From: Ophelia neglecta
Lineage: Eukaryota
Direction: 5' to 3'
Assembly (NCBI GenBank): GCA_965285935.1
Contig: OZ260661.1
Coordinates: 56,978,001-57,042,000 of the forward strand
Length of the DNA: 64,000 nucleotides
The position numbers and the translations under genes are program-made. The notes under the pieces were generated by a model. The model had not been told where the DNA came from, ran no database searches, and saw only the letters and a list, made by a program, of their open reading frames with translations. Positions 51,237-64,000 of this stretch are shown piece after piece (positions within the stretch are counted from its first letter, which is position 1; each line of letters begins with the position of its first letter).

Positions 51237-54200
51237 TTTGAGGTGTTAAGCATGGGCAAGAATATACTTTACCATCGTTTCGGAGCAATTTGCATTTGCA
51301 AAAGTACGAAGTGGCATGGTTTTTTTATTTTACGATTGACCGTATACTATAGTCACTGTATATTATTTCGTATGTACTGTCATGCGAAGATATGATTGGT
51401 CGTTGTATTGTAAAGCAATAAAATATCACCGTAGGAAAGTATGGAAAGAGTCACTGTAGTACAAAATAAGATATCACTGATGGTGAAATAACATTATCAA
51501 AATCAACAAGGGCAATGCGCAATTTATCTAAAGATAACTACGTTACTATAGATTTTTCCATTATTTTCTGCCTTGTTGTTGGAGTATAATTTGCGTTATC
51601 TATAAACAATGTTATACTTTTGAAGGAGAACTGTTTTGTATATTTACTTATTATCTTATTGTTAACACTTTCTGGCGTGCAAAACATCTTGCGTGAATAC
51701 ATGGTGCACACAAGAGGTTTTGGCTGACAACTAGTTGAACATTGAAGTTTTCTACAACATGCTTGTTGACTTCTATAATGTAGATGCTATAATGACTGGT
51801 AGATGAGATGCACATTTAAGTAACGTTATCGTGCTGTATTAAATACTCTGAATCGGAAACAGTGCCATTAGAAGGTGACATCGACTTCCTGCCATTTATG
51901 CATTTTTGTTATCACTTTTTGTGAATGTGCTTCTATTGTTTTTCAATTTGACGATGTTACGGACTGGAATTCCAACTTGATCGACCTTGGGAAAACAAAG
52001 GAGAAAAGCTTCATAATGTTAAATAAGATGAGTATTTTTTAATAGTGCCCTCTATTTACTTTACTGAAGTTAACTACATCATAAGTTTTATCTCTATTCT
52101 TTACATTATCATACGCTTCCATATCTTAATCTATTTGTTTTGTCCTTGAAGAACGTGCTTTCCTGTAACTTCTTTCAGGTGTATTCCGTTCTGTTCTGAT
52201 TGATCAAAATCACCAGGGTGTATCAGGAGCATTACCCCTCTCGATCTCAACAAGAAATAATGACAACGGACGAGACTTAATGAAGTCCGCCCGATTTAAT
52301 AGATTGTGATCTTGATCATCGATTTCGGCTTGTCCTTCTTAAACAAGGAAAACCGAGCTTGCAAGAAATCACTGTAATTAAACGCTAAAGCCTTTGATCC
52401 CTCTTAAATGTACCCAGGGAATCAAGCTTGAAAATTCAATGACTACCGGTATAACATTATATATATATATATATATATACAGTAACGAGTTAATGAAACT
52501 GCAAGTCTAGGTGTCAAGGTGTGGCGCTCAGAAGATTCAGGCATTTTTTATTGCTGATTTTAACGGTGCCTACTTCTAACGGGACATTGATGAACTCATA
52601 GGGAATGTGTTTTGAAATTTTTAATTGCTTGGTGCTCTTTGACTCGAGTTAGGTTGACAGGCACTGCCCTAAAGTGGTTGATTCAGTGTCAACTTAAATG
52701 GAAATCAGAAATATAAAATGGAACCTCCCCCTGCTGTACCAAAAGTCTCCCTTATTTTCATAGATTATTCTTAGTATCTTGGAGTTATTGTTATGCATTT
52801 AATTTCAATTGGTACCCCGATGATAACCAACGGTACTTGTCATTAAACAATGCTCGCGCGAAAGAGGCCGGGATAAAGGTGTAAAATTGCTGTGTGAACT
52901 TGTGATAGTGAATGTCGACCAAATTACTTCAGTTATTAAGAGAGGATAAACTTGAATTCGTCGTATTCTAGTGCTAGTGCTCTTTTAATCACCTTTATAC
53001 AGAATATACAATAAACACGGCTTTTGACGTAACGGAGAAGGAGCAATGCAGAAAACAGGTCCTAGACAATCAATTGACCATGGAGGTAATTGTCAACAGA
53101 ATGATTCAATCAGGTTCCTCTAACTTGGTAGCAAATCTTACATACTCAAGTACCTGAACTTAACTTGCACAGAACACTTGATCATGCATTTAATCTATCA
53201 CAACCTTATTGCTAACCACACAACTCTGTACGCACTCCCCGAGTACTATATAGATGGATTGCAACAACTCCTTAATTCGGGTTTGTCAGGATGGTAGTTA
53301 ATGGTAGAAAGTTAATGTTTCCAATTATACATATAAGTGCGATCGTATGTATGTAATGACGATAGGAATGTCAATTTCCAATAGTTGTTTTATATTAAGA
53401 AGTCATATGTACTTATGTGGTTACCCCAACTACCAGGCAAATAATGTTCTTCGGGTGTACAAATATGTGTTATGAATACATGTAACCAGAATTGCATATT
53501 TACTAATGCATTATTTCGAACATGAAGCTTGAAAAGATTGCATGTTATCCAGTGATACGCCAGTCTAAGCAAAATAAAGCGACTCACCCATGCAACCCGA
53601 GAACTTCCTAATAAGGAGCACTTACCAAAGAGCCAACACTTATATATGTGCTAAATCGAAACACAAAAAAAAATTATTCACACTTCAATCTAGTTAAAAG
53701 TTCAGAAAGAATAAAACTTGGTTGAAAATAAATGTTTGGAATACTAATAAACATGTACTTGTTCTACAACGAATTTGATTTGGCAAAACCATTTCTCCTC
53801 ATCATGAGTCATGCTGAAAAAGGGTAACGCACGGTGCCGGTATACTACCGTCTTCCCAACAGGAGTTTTTATTTCCTTCCTAGTTTCCATATTGTCTTAA
53901 CCAATGCTAGTCAATTGTCTGAGCACTACAATATGTTGCATGAGGTATAAAATTACATGTTCTGGCGGAAATGGTATTGATGTATAAGGGTAAACGAATG
54001 CCAGCATCCTGTATCGTCACAATTAAATGGAATTAAAAAAAAACAGTCGTCTTCTATATTTTTTAACGCAGTACGCCCAAGGCTTAAGGAAATTACAAAG
54101 GTAAGCATGAGCAGATATAGATACCGATTTCATTTAACGTATTCTATTCTGCCGAAAGTATATCAAGCATGTGTTATATCAGGATGTATGATGTTCTACA

Positions 54201-56187
54201 TTTAGAATCCAATCAAATGAATTGGGCTCTGCATAATAAAAAATATGCTTCGCGTGTACTTGATTCGTGTTTGAAATAAGTACTATATGCAATGACTTTA
54301 TTTATTTTGAGGAGACCCAAAGTCGGTGTTGAGTTATGTTAACTTTTGACCACTCTCGTTTTCTTTGGCACAAAAACCTAACACTAATTTTCTGCATGAT
54401 TAAAATTATGAGCACAAAGAACACAAGGTTAACATTTTTATCAAGAAACAACTGCGGTGAACACATAACACATATGTGCAACGGTTACTCATTGTTTTGC
54501 GAACGACCATTACAGCAGTCTTTATCTCTGGGCATGTGTGCCCGAAAACGGCTCAAGGTTAAGAATGTTGTACACATTTTCTAAGCAGATGGTCATCTGA
54601 CTCAAATATTCGAATTCAAAATGAGGTTTAGCAGTTACTCTAAATGCATTGTTTTCGTCAGTGGTAGTCAGAAGTATATGTCACATTACAAAACCTTGAT
54701 GAGCCCCCCCCCCCCTCAACGCATTGTACAAAAGTAAAGTTTCAGTGTTCCATGTATGCTATTCCGTCCAAAGAATTCATCAAAAAATGCAAGGAACTCT
54801 TTCAGAGGGGAGGCGCTTTTTTATCATAACACTTCCACATTCATGTGTGATTTTATGGCGTCACAAATGGAAAATTTCGCAATCTTTAATGACGCCGAAA
54901 TTCCCGCGATGATCTCCATGAGTCAATAAATGTTCACATGTTCAGTGACAAAACAGGCGTGACTATTCCACTTTCCAGAGTTCATATTACTTTATTGCAC
55001 AATCGAGGAGCTACCAGTTTCCATTAGACTGCAGGGTTATTTGACATGGTTTATTGTCATCACTCCGTTTATTTGTAGTTTCACATTTATTAAAGGGCAT
55101 ATTCAATCGCTAACTTTTCTATGGCATATTTCATCATCTTCCGACGTTGGCAATAGACTCCTTTATATGGTGCTTTAACTCGCATCATGGGAAAATGGTG
55201 ACTGCTTCTTATGTATACGCTGTTACATGCATATGATATTTATTATATGAAACATATCTTGGGATCTCTGAAGATATTTGAGAGGTGCAGACATGCTGTC
55301 ACGGTCTCGACGAACAGCACGAATACCCAGGAAACGAAGCCACGGTGTACTTAACAGAAAAGAAAATGGAAAAAGAACAATGCAGGAATAAACGCACCAA
55401 TAATACTGATACGTTTTTCTACAATCTATTTATCCTATTGTGGAATACATTTGAGTAATCCATTTATATTCCATAACCCTACTTAATACACAAGGTGCAT
55501 ATTTCCGAAGCTAGGAGTGATGAATGTAAAATCTACGACGTGTTTGAATCGATTCTATATCAATTGTTGAAAGTTATAACATATAGTAGCTCGGAGGCAT
55601 ATTTGGCAGGAAAAAATGAACGAATACGTACTATGCCTTGAAGGCCCACCTTCACAAATCGCAATTTAATCCATAGTTCAAGAATCAATCTGCGGGTCTT
55701 GGCAAATACGATTCAATCTCTGTTTTTCACTGAAGTAGAGGCCGTTAACGCCCTCAAGCTGCATGTCTTATAGAATTGTTTCACCGAAGTAATTAATATA
55801 TTGGTTAAAAACCTGTTGTACAAATTAAACGACGACTCAACATAACTGCACTGGACTTGAAAGATTCGTGTTTTCCGGTGTTATAAATTGTCATATTTGC
55901 AACCAGGCGGGTCATATTCCATTGATTTGAAAGACAAAGCGAACACATGCCGCTGTTAAAATATTGACATTAAAATTTTTTCCAGCAATCGTGCAATCGC
56001 ATAAACAGAAAATGCCACCTAAAACTGGAAAAATCAAAGGATGTCGTCTGATCAACTGCATTGACCGAATTTTTAGTTCAAGCTAATTTAAATGCCTCAT
56101 CAAACCACTTATTGTTCTTGGACTTGGTGTCAAGGGTAATTCAACAGTTATACACTCGAAACTTGGCATTTGCACGTATGGATTTTG
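51237..56187 (+). repeat. Tandem segmental duplication, copy 1 (~4.95 kb)
   Basis: The sequence from TTTGAGGTGTTAAGC recurs at offset 4947 (identical ORFs at 53390 and 58337). Confidence 0.98.
52458..52479. repeat. (TA)11 microsatellite, same length in the duplicate at 57405-57426
   Basis: Seen directly. Confidence 0.9.
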
Positions 56188-59100
56188 AGGTGTTAAGCAT
56201 GGGCAAGAATATACTTTACCATCGTTTCGGAGCAATTTGCATTTGCAAAAGTACGAAGTGGCATGGTTTTTTTATTTTACGATTGACCGTATACTATAGT
56301 CACTGTATATTATTTCGTATGTACTGTCATGCGAAGATATGATTGGTCGTTGTATTGTAAAGCAATAAAATATCACCGTAGGAAAGTATGGAAAGAGTCA
56401 CTGTAGTACAAAATAAGATATCACTGATGGTGAAATAACATTATCAAAATCAACAAGGGCAATGCGCAATTTATCTAAAGATAACTACGTTACTATAGAT
56501 TTTTCCATTATTTTCTGCCTTGTTGTTGGAGTATAATTTGCGTTATCTATAAACAATGTTATACTTTTGAAGGAGAACTGTTTTGTATATTTACTTATTA
56601 TCTTATTGTTAACACTTTCTGGCGTGCAAAACATCTTGCGTGAATACATGGTGCACACAAGAGGTTTTGGCTGACAACTAGTTGAACATTGAAGTTTTCT
56701 ACAACATGCTTGTTGACTTCTATAATGTAGATGCTATAATGACTGGTAGATGAGATGCACATTTAAGTAACGTTATCGTGCTGTATTAAATACTCTGAAT
56801 CGGAAACAGTGCCATTAGAAGGTGACATCGACTTCCTGCCATTTATGCATTTTTGTTATCACTTTTTGTGAATGTGCTTCTATTGTTTTTCAATTTGACG
56901 ATGTTACGGACTGGAATTCCAACTTGATCGACCTTGGGAAAACAAAGGAGAAAAGCTTCATAATGTTAAATAAGATGAGTATTTTTTAATAGTGCCCTCT
57001 ATTTACTTTACTGAAGTTAACTACATCATAAGTTTTATCTCTATTCTTTACATTATCATACGCTTCCATATCTTAATCTATTTGTTTTGTCCTTGAAGAA
57101 CGTGCTTTCCTGTAACTTCTTTCAGGTGTATTCCGTTCTGTTCTGATTGATCAAAATCACCAGGGTGTATCAGGAGCATTACCCCTCTCGATCTCAACAA
57201 GAAATAATGACAACGGACGAGACTTAATGAAGTCCGCCCGATTTAATAGATTGTGATCTTGATCATCGATTTCGGCTTGTCCTTCTTAAACAAGGAAAAC
57301 CGAGCTTGCAAGAAATCACTGTAATTAAACGCTAAAGCCTTTGATCCCTCTTAAATGTACCCAGGGAATCAAGCTTGAAAATTCAATGACTACCGGTATA
57401 ACATTATATATATATATATATATATACAGTAACGAGTTAATGAAACTGCAAGTCTAGGTGTCAAGGTGTGGCGCTCAGAAGATTCAGGCATTTTTTATTG
57501 CTGATTTTAACGGTGCCTACTTCTAACGGGACATTGATGAACTCATAGGGAATGTGTTTTGAAATTTTTAATTGCTTGGTGCTCTTTGACTCGAGTTAGG
57601 TTGACAGGCACTGCCCTAAAGTGGTTGATTCAGTGTCAACTTAAATGGAAATCAGAAATATAAAATGGAACCTCCCCCTGCTGTACCAAAAGTCTCCCTT
57701 ATTTTCATAGATTATTCTTAGTATCTTGGAGTTATTGTTATGCATTTAATTTCAATTGGTACCCCGATGATAACCAACGGTACTTGTCATTAAACAATGC
57801 TCGCGCGAAAGAGGCCGGGATAAAGGTGTAAAATTGCTGTGTGAACTTGTGATAGTGAATGTCGACCAAATTACTTCAGTTATTAAGAGAGGATAAACTT
57901 GAATTCGTCGTATTCTAGTGCTAGTGCTCTTTTAATCACCTTTATACAGAATATACAATAAACACGGCTTTTGACGTAACGGAGAAGGAGCAATGCAGAA
58001 AACAGGTCCTAGACAATCAATTGACCATGGAGGTAATTGTCAACAGAATGATTCAATCAGGTTCCTCTAACTTGGTAGCAAATCTTACATACTCAAGTAC
58101 CTGAACTTAACTTGCACAGAACACTTGATCATGCATTTAATCTATCACAACCTTATTGCTAACCACACAACTCTGTACGCACTCCCCGAGTACTATATAG
58201 ATGGATTGCAACAACTCCTTAATTCGGGTTTGTCAGGATGGTAGTTAATGGTAGAAAGTTAATGTTTCCAATTATACATATAAGTGCGATCGTATGTATG
58301 TAATGACGATAGGAATGTCAATTTCCAATAGTTGTTTTATATTAAGAAGTCATATGTACTTATGTGGTTACCCCAACTACCAGGCAAATAATGTTCTTCG
58401 GGTGTACAAATATGTGTTATGAATACATGTAACCAGAATTGCATATTTACTAATGCATTATTTCGAACATGAAGCTTGAAAAGATTGCATGTTATCCAGT
58501 GATACGCCAGTCTAAGCAAAATAAAGCGACTCACCCATGCAACCCGAGAACTTCCTAATAAGGAGCACTTACCAAAGAGCCAACACTTATATATGTGCTA
58601 AATCGAAACACAAAAAAAAATTATTCACACTTCAATCTAGTTAAAAGTTCAGAAAGAATAAAACTTGGTTGAAAATAAATGTTTGGAATACTAATAAACA
58701 TGTACTTGTTCTACAACGAATTTGATTTGGCAAAACCATTTCTCCTCATCATGAGTCATGCTGAAAAAGGGTAACGCACGGTGCCGGTATACTACCGTCT
58801 TCCCAACAGGAGTTTTTATTTCCTTCCTAGTTTCCATATTGTCTTAACCAATGCTAGTCAATTGTCTGAGCACTACAATATGTTGCATGAGGTATAAAAT
58901 TACATGTTCTGGCGGAAATGGTATTGATGTATAAGGGTAAACGAATGCCAGCATCCTGTATCGTCACAATTAAATGGAATTAAAAAAAAACAGTCGTCTT
59001 CTATATTTTTTAACGCAGTACGCCCAAGGCTTAAGGAAATTACAAAGGTAAGCATGAGCAGATATAGATACCGATTTCATTCAACGTATTCTATTCTGCC

Positions 59101-61123
59101 GAAAGTATATCAAGCATGTAATATAACAGGATGTATGATGTTCTACATTTAGAATCCAATCAAATGAATTGGGCTCTGCATAATAAAAAATATGGTTCAC
59201 GTGTACTTGATTCGTGTTTGAAATAAGTACTATATGCAATGACTTTATTTATTTTGAGGAGACCCAAAGTTGGTGTTGAGTTATGTTAACTTTTGACCAC
59301 TCTCGTTTTGTTTGGCACAAAAACCTAACACTAATTTTCTGCATGATTAAAATTATGAGCACAAAGAACACAAGGTTAACATTTTTATCAAGAAACAACT
59401 GCGGTGAACACATAACACATATGTGCAACGGTTACTCATTGTTTTGCGAACGACCATTACAGCAGTCTTTATCTCTGGGCATGTGTGCCCGTAAACGGCT
59501 TAAGGTTAAGAATGTTGTACACATTTTCTAAGCAGATGGTCATCTGACTCAAATATTCGAATTCAAAATGAGGTTTAGCAGTTACTCTAAATGCATTGCT
59601 TTCGTCAGTGGTAGTCAGAAGTATATGTCACATAACAAAACCTTGATGAGCCCCCCCCCCCCCTCAACGCATTGTACAAAAGTAAAGTTTCAGTGTTCCA
59701 TGTATGCTATTCCGTCCAAAGAATTCATCAAAAAATGCAAGGAACTCTTTCAGAGGGGAGGCGCTTTTTTATCATAACACTTCCACATTCATGTGTGATT
59801 TTATGGCGTCACAAATGGAAAATTTCGCAATCTTTAATGACGCCGAAATTCCCGCGATGATCTCCATGAGTCAATAAATGTTCACATGTTCAGTGACAAA
59901 ACAGGCGTGACTATTCCACTTTCCAGAGTTCATATTACTTTATTGCACAATCGAGGAGCTACCAGTTTCCATTAGACTGCAGGGACATTTGACATGGTTT
60001 ATTGTCACCACTCCGTTTATTTGTAGTTTCACATTTATTAAAGGGCATATTCAATCGCTAACTTTTCTATGGCATATTTCATCATCTTCCGACGTTGGCA
60101 ATAGACTCCTTTATATGGTGCTTTAACTCGCATCATGGGAAAATGGTGACTGCTTCTTAAGTATACGCTGTTACATGCATATGATATTTATTATATGAAA
60201 CATATCTTGGGATCTTGAGAGGTGCAGACATGCTGTCACGGTCTCGACGAACAGCACGAATACCCAGGAAACGAAGCCACGGTGTACTTAACAGAAAAGA
60301 AAATGGAAAAAGAACAATGCAGGAATAAACGCACCAATAATACTGATACGTTTTTCTACAATCTATTTATCTTATTGTGGAATACATTTGAGTAATCCAT
60401 TTATATTACATAACCCTACTTAATACACAAGGTGCATATTTCCGAAGCTAGGAGTGATGAATGTAAAATCTACGACGTGTTTGAATCGATTCTATATCAA
60501 TTGTTGAAAGTTATAACATATAGTAGCTCGGAGGCATATTTGGCAGGAAAAAATGAACGAATACGTACTATGCCTTGAAGGCCCACCTTCACAAATCGCA
60601 ATTTAATCCATAGTTCAAGAATCAATCTGCGGGTCTTGGCAAATACGATTCAATCTCTGTTTTTCACGGAAGTAGAGGCCGTTAACGCCCTCAAGCTGCA
60701 TGTCTTATAGAATTGTTTCACCGAAGTAATTAATATATTGGTTAAAAACCTGTTGTACAAACTAAACGACGACTCAACATAACTGCACTGGACTTGAAAG
60801 ATTCGTGTTTTCCGGTGTTATAAATTGTCATATTTGCAACCAGGCGGGTCATATTCCATGGATTTGAAAGACAAAGCGAACACATGCCGCTGTTAAAATA
60901 TTGACATTAAAAATTTTCCAGCAATCGTGCAATCGCATAAACAGAAAATGCCACCTAAAACTGGAAAAATCAAAGGATGTCGTCTGATCAACTGCATTGA
61001 CCGAATTTTTAGTTCAAGCTAATTTAAATGCCTCATCAAACCACTTATTGTTCTTGGACTTGGTGTCAAGGGTAATTCAACAGTTATACACTCGAAACTT
61101 GGCATTTGCACGTATGGATTTTG
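56184..61123 (+). repeat. Tandem segmental duplication, copy 2 (~4.94 kb)
   Basis: Head-to-tail with copy 1, ending ...GTATGGATTTTG at 61123. It is 11 bp shorter in net. Confidence 0.98.
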
Positions 61124-63453
61124 CGCTGAATCAGCCTCACCCGGACTAGAAACCTGTTCATTCTTTATATAATATTTCCGGTATTATTCAGCCTACTCAC
61201 TGCAGGTTGGTATTTCCCCAATGATCAGTTCTGGATCGTATCTGTTCTTAAAATAATTCAATAGCTGCATAAGAGAAATAAACACCCCCAAAACCAGCCT
61301 AAATAGTCAGCGAGTAGCACAAAGGCACAGGCTTGCTGTCATTACAGCAATGATAGTGTATCCTTAGACTATCAACTCGCCTTCCGAAAACAGGCTGATT
61401 CTGCTGTATAAAAAGAAGCCCCAGCAACCTATTTTCAGGACACGCACATACTGTTTACAGCTACGGACGGACAAGAACTCTAAGTTTTTCTCTTTAAGAC
61501 GAACTTGGGTCGAATTTGGTTAATCATATTCCTTATAAATGTGTCCGAAAGTAACTTTAATTTCATTTTTAAATTTTAACGTAGACAAAAAGTGCAGCTT
61601 ATGTTAAACAAAGGCGACAAAACACTAACCGTTATGCATGATGCAATGGTTCAATTCTGTGAAGCATACAGAGAAAGTGTAATAAAGATGCCCTAATTTA
61701 TGGTTATTGTTATTAAGGTTGAAAAAATCTGATGCCAAATATTTAAGCAACTATTATGTCAGTCCGTTTTTATCACAGATATTCAAACTTTCTTTCAATT
61801 TTAGGTATAGACCTATAATTCGCTTATGTTTATGAAACCAATTAAAACACTCGATATACGGCAGACAATCAAAAATCAGTAGTCAGTCGTAATCAGTCAG
61901 TAATCGTCAATTAACTCAGTTCCAGAATTCGAAAGCTTTTAGCCCACAAATATTATTACACGCCTCCATACTATAAGTAACATAAGAGATTAAAATATGA
62001 TATCCCTTGTATTGTGAAGAAGTCTAAATCTTTCACGGTATAAGTAAAACATTACAGTAAAATGGGTCGGTGAAATATACCTAAGAGCAGCCCAAGATTA
62101 GCTGAGATCGCTTATAGACAATCTTTTAAGGCCTACGGTCTTTTATCAATGTGCGAAAGCAGGTGGAATTGTCTAAAGCCCACATGATGACGGATGTTAA
62201 ATGCCCTTAAAGTCTGTAGAGAAATTCGGTTTGAAAACCTCCTGAAACAATTCTCAAGCAAAAAAGAAAAATGGCCCCAATATGTTCAACGATTGCGAAT
62301 TTTTACCAAATATCAACATTTGGCATTAGTATTTAGGTTACGGAATACAAAATAAGAGTGTGAGGTTGAACGTTTTGCGCACTTACCTTTCCTCGACGAA
62401 TACGTTCAATTCGTTGCACTAAGGTCCATCCATAAAACTGGTTACAAGACAATCAGCTTGTATGTTCAGTCCCTATCTGGGATATCCTAAGCTAAACACT
62501 TGTCAACTGACACATTGAGCCTAGCCGTGAGTCTGCTCTCCTATGCCACTCTCGCAGGAGTATCAATCAGCACGCCAGAGAACTTAACTCTGGAGGCGCG
62601 CTTCCTGCCGGGGATTGCTTTATAACCGAAGCAAACGTCGAGGCGTAGCAGACGTGAGCGTAGAATTGTTTTATAACCCAAGGGCGAATGCGGCAATTAG
62701 ACAACTATAGTTTTGGTTGATCAACTGGGATGTAGAGGTCCCTACGATACCGATTGGCTACTGTGTAACGTTACAATGTTTTGTAACCACTGTTTCTGAA
62801 ATGCCAGGGGGTAAATAAAAACACTATCAAAAAGCAAGTTCTAGCCAACAGCAATTTTAGATATGAGCTTTTAAGTGACTAGTGAGGTGGGTTTTGCCAA
62901 ATGAAGATAGCTAAGGGTACAATATTACTCTTCTACATCCATTCCAAATCGTGGCATGCTTAAGCATCTTTATAATATTATATTATCGCACAAAATGTGA
63001 CAACAGACGTAGACCAATTTCAACCGAAATAGTGAAAATGGCTACATAACTATACACGCCTGGCCAACACATGTTCAAGCAACGACGAGCTTTCATCCTA
63101 TAGCTGTAGCCGCATACATGGGTTTCCGCGTTGATGCAGCTAAGATTGTTTGTCTTACCTTCTCCAAGCGAACAACAATTATTACCCGAATAAAACAGTA
63201 TAAGCAGCTTATTACATTTTAAGCGTAATTCTTAACATGTGTGTTCAATAGTCCGCCCTCGACTCTCCCTTAAGATACATTTGAAGGAATAACATACATA
63301 CAATGTCTGTAACTAATAGATTGAATAGGTATTCGGTTCCAGCCGCCTGCTGGTATTTTCCCAGAGAAGCGCATTCTATTACAACCCTTTATTTCAAATT
63401 GTTATTTTAAAAATTACTTATTAAGGCTTACGCTAATTGACTACCAAATCTCC

Positions 63454-63477
63454 GGGACAGGGACAGGGACAGGGACA
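63454..63477 (+). repeat. (GGGACA)4, canonical G3N3 G-quadruplex motif
   Basis: gggacagggacagggacagggaca is seen directly. Confidence 0.9.
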
Positions 63478-64000
63478 TCATTTACACCAAAAAGGTTACA
63501 TTAGTAAGATAATACCGAATTGCGATGTTTAAGAGCTCGGTGTTTAGCACGAACGTCCCGGGGATACATTTATCGCTATCACATTCTTACAGCCGTTTCC
63601 AAACTGCGCTGTTTATCTACGGTAAACAGACGCACAGGAAACCTCGGGAATCGGCTCAATGGTCTCTCACATGTGTATGGATGAGCTCAATGTTTACAAA
63701 TACTCTAATAGTTATCCGTTGATACGACACTCTTATTCTTCAGTTTACCGCAAACCTGTACTATATATATAGTGTCCTCAGCACCACCTAATAACAATTA
63801 AGGCCGGAAAGTAAATAAGAAACCACAGCAGACACTCTGGTTAAGCATGGTACTTCGCATGCAGCTTTTGTGGTCGTCCTGGAACAACATCTCCATTATT
63901 CTGAACTGATTTGGCCAGAAACCCGTAACCATTATGTGGCTTTGCAATGAAATCAGCCTATTTCTACATAAACCGAGGGGGAAGTGGCCACTGTTCTGAG

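Noticed and set aside
53390-59860. Paired ORFs (65, 82 and 62 aa) suggesting conserved paralogous genes
   Set aside because: Their identity is explained entirely by the recent tandem duplication, and they have no domain features.
51237-61123. LTR retrotransposon or other TE dimer
   Set aside because: No TG...CA ends, PBS/PPT, TIRs or coding remnants. The junction is a simple microhomology.

Overview
AT-rich (roughly 36-38% GC by eye) eukaryotic, essentially non-genic DNA from an invertebrate animal, most likely a mollusc or other lophotrochozoan (Meta/MESC-type SINE, mollusc-type Penelope RT remnants). I see no intact gene, rRNA, tRNA or CRISPR array, and almost all listed ORFs look like chance ORFs. 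The best-supported structures are: (1) a ~2.8 kb non-autonomous CACTA/EnSpm-type element (19502-22295) with 19-bp TIRs, dense GTGTTCTA subterminal repeats, a putative leader exon and one open terminal coding exon; (2) a head-to-tail ~4.95 kb tandem duplication (51237-61123) joined at a TTTG microhomology, apparently identical over its first ~2.9 kb but ~1% diverged over the next ~1.85 kb; (3) a 31-bp minisatellite; (4) many decayed TE fragments (Penelope-like, LINE, SINE, possible Kolobok/YqaJ/SWIM); and (5) window-wide excess of the palindromes TACATGTA and TAGGCCTA, which resemble transposon excision footprints. I cannot support a clearly new biological system. The footprint-like octamers, the CACTA derivative and a run of decayed minus-strand exons at 43.9-47.2 kb are the best leads. 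All family calls come from motifs recognised by eye and need database confirmation.
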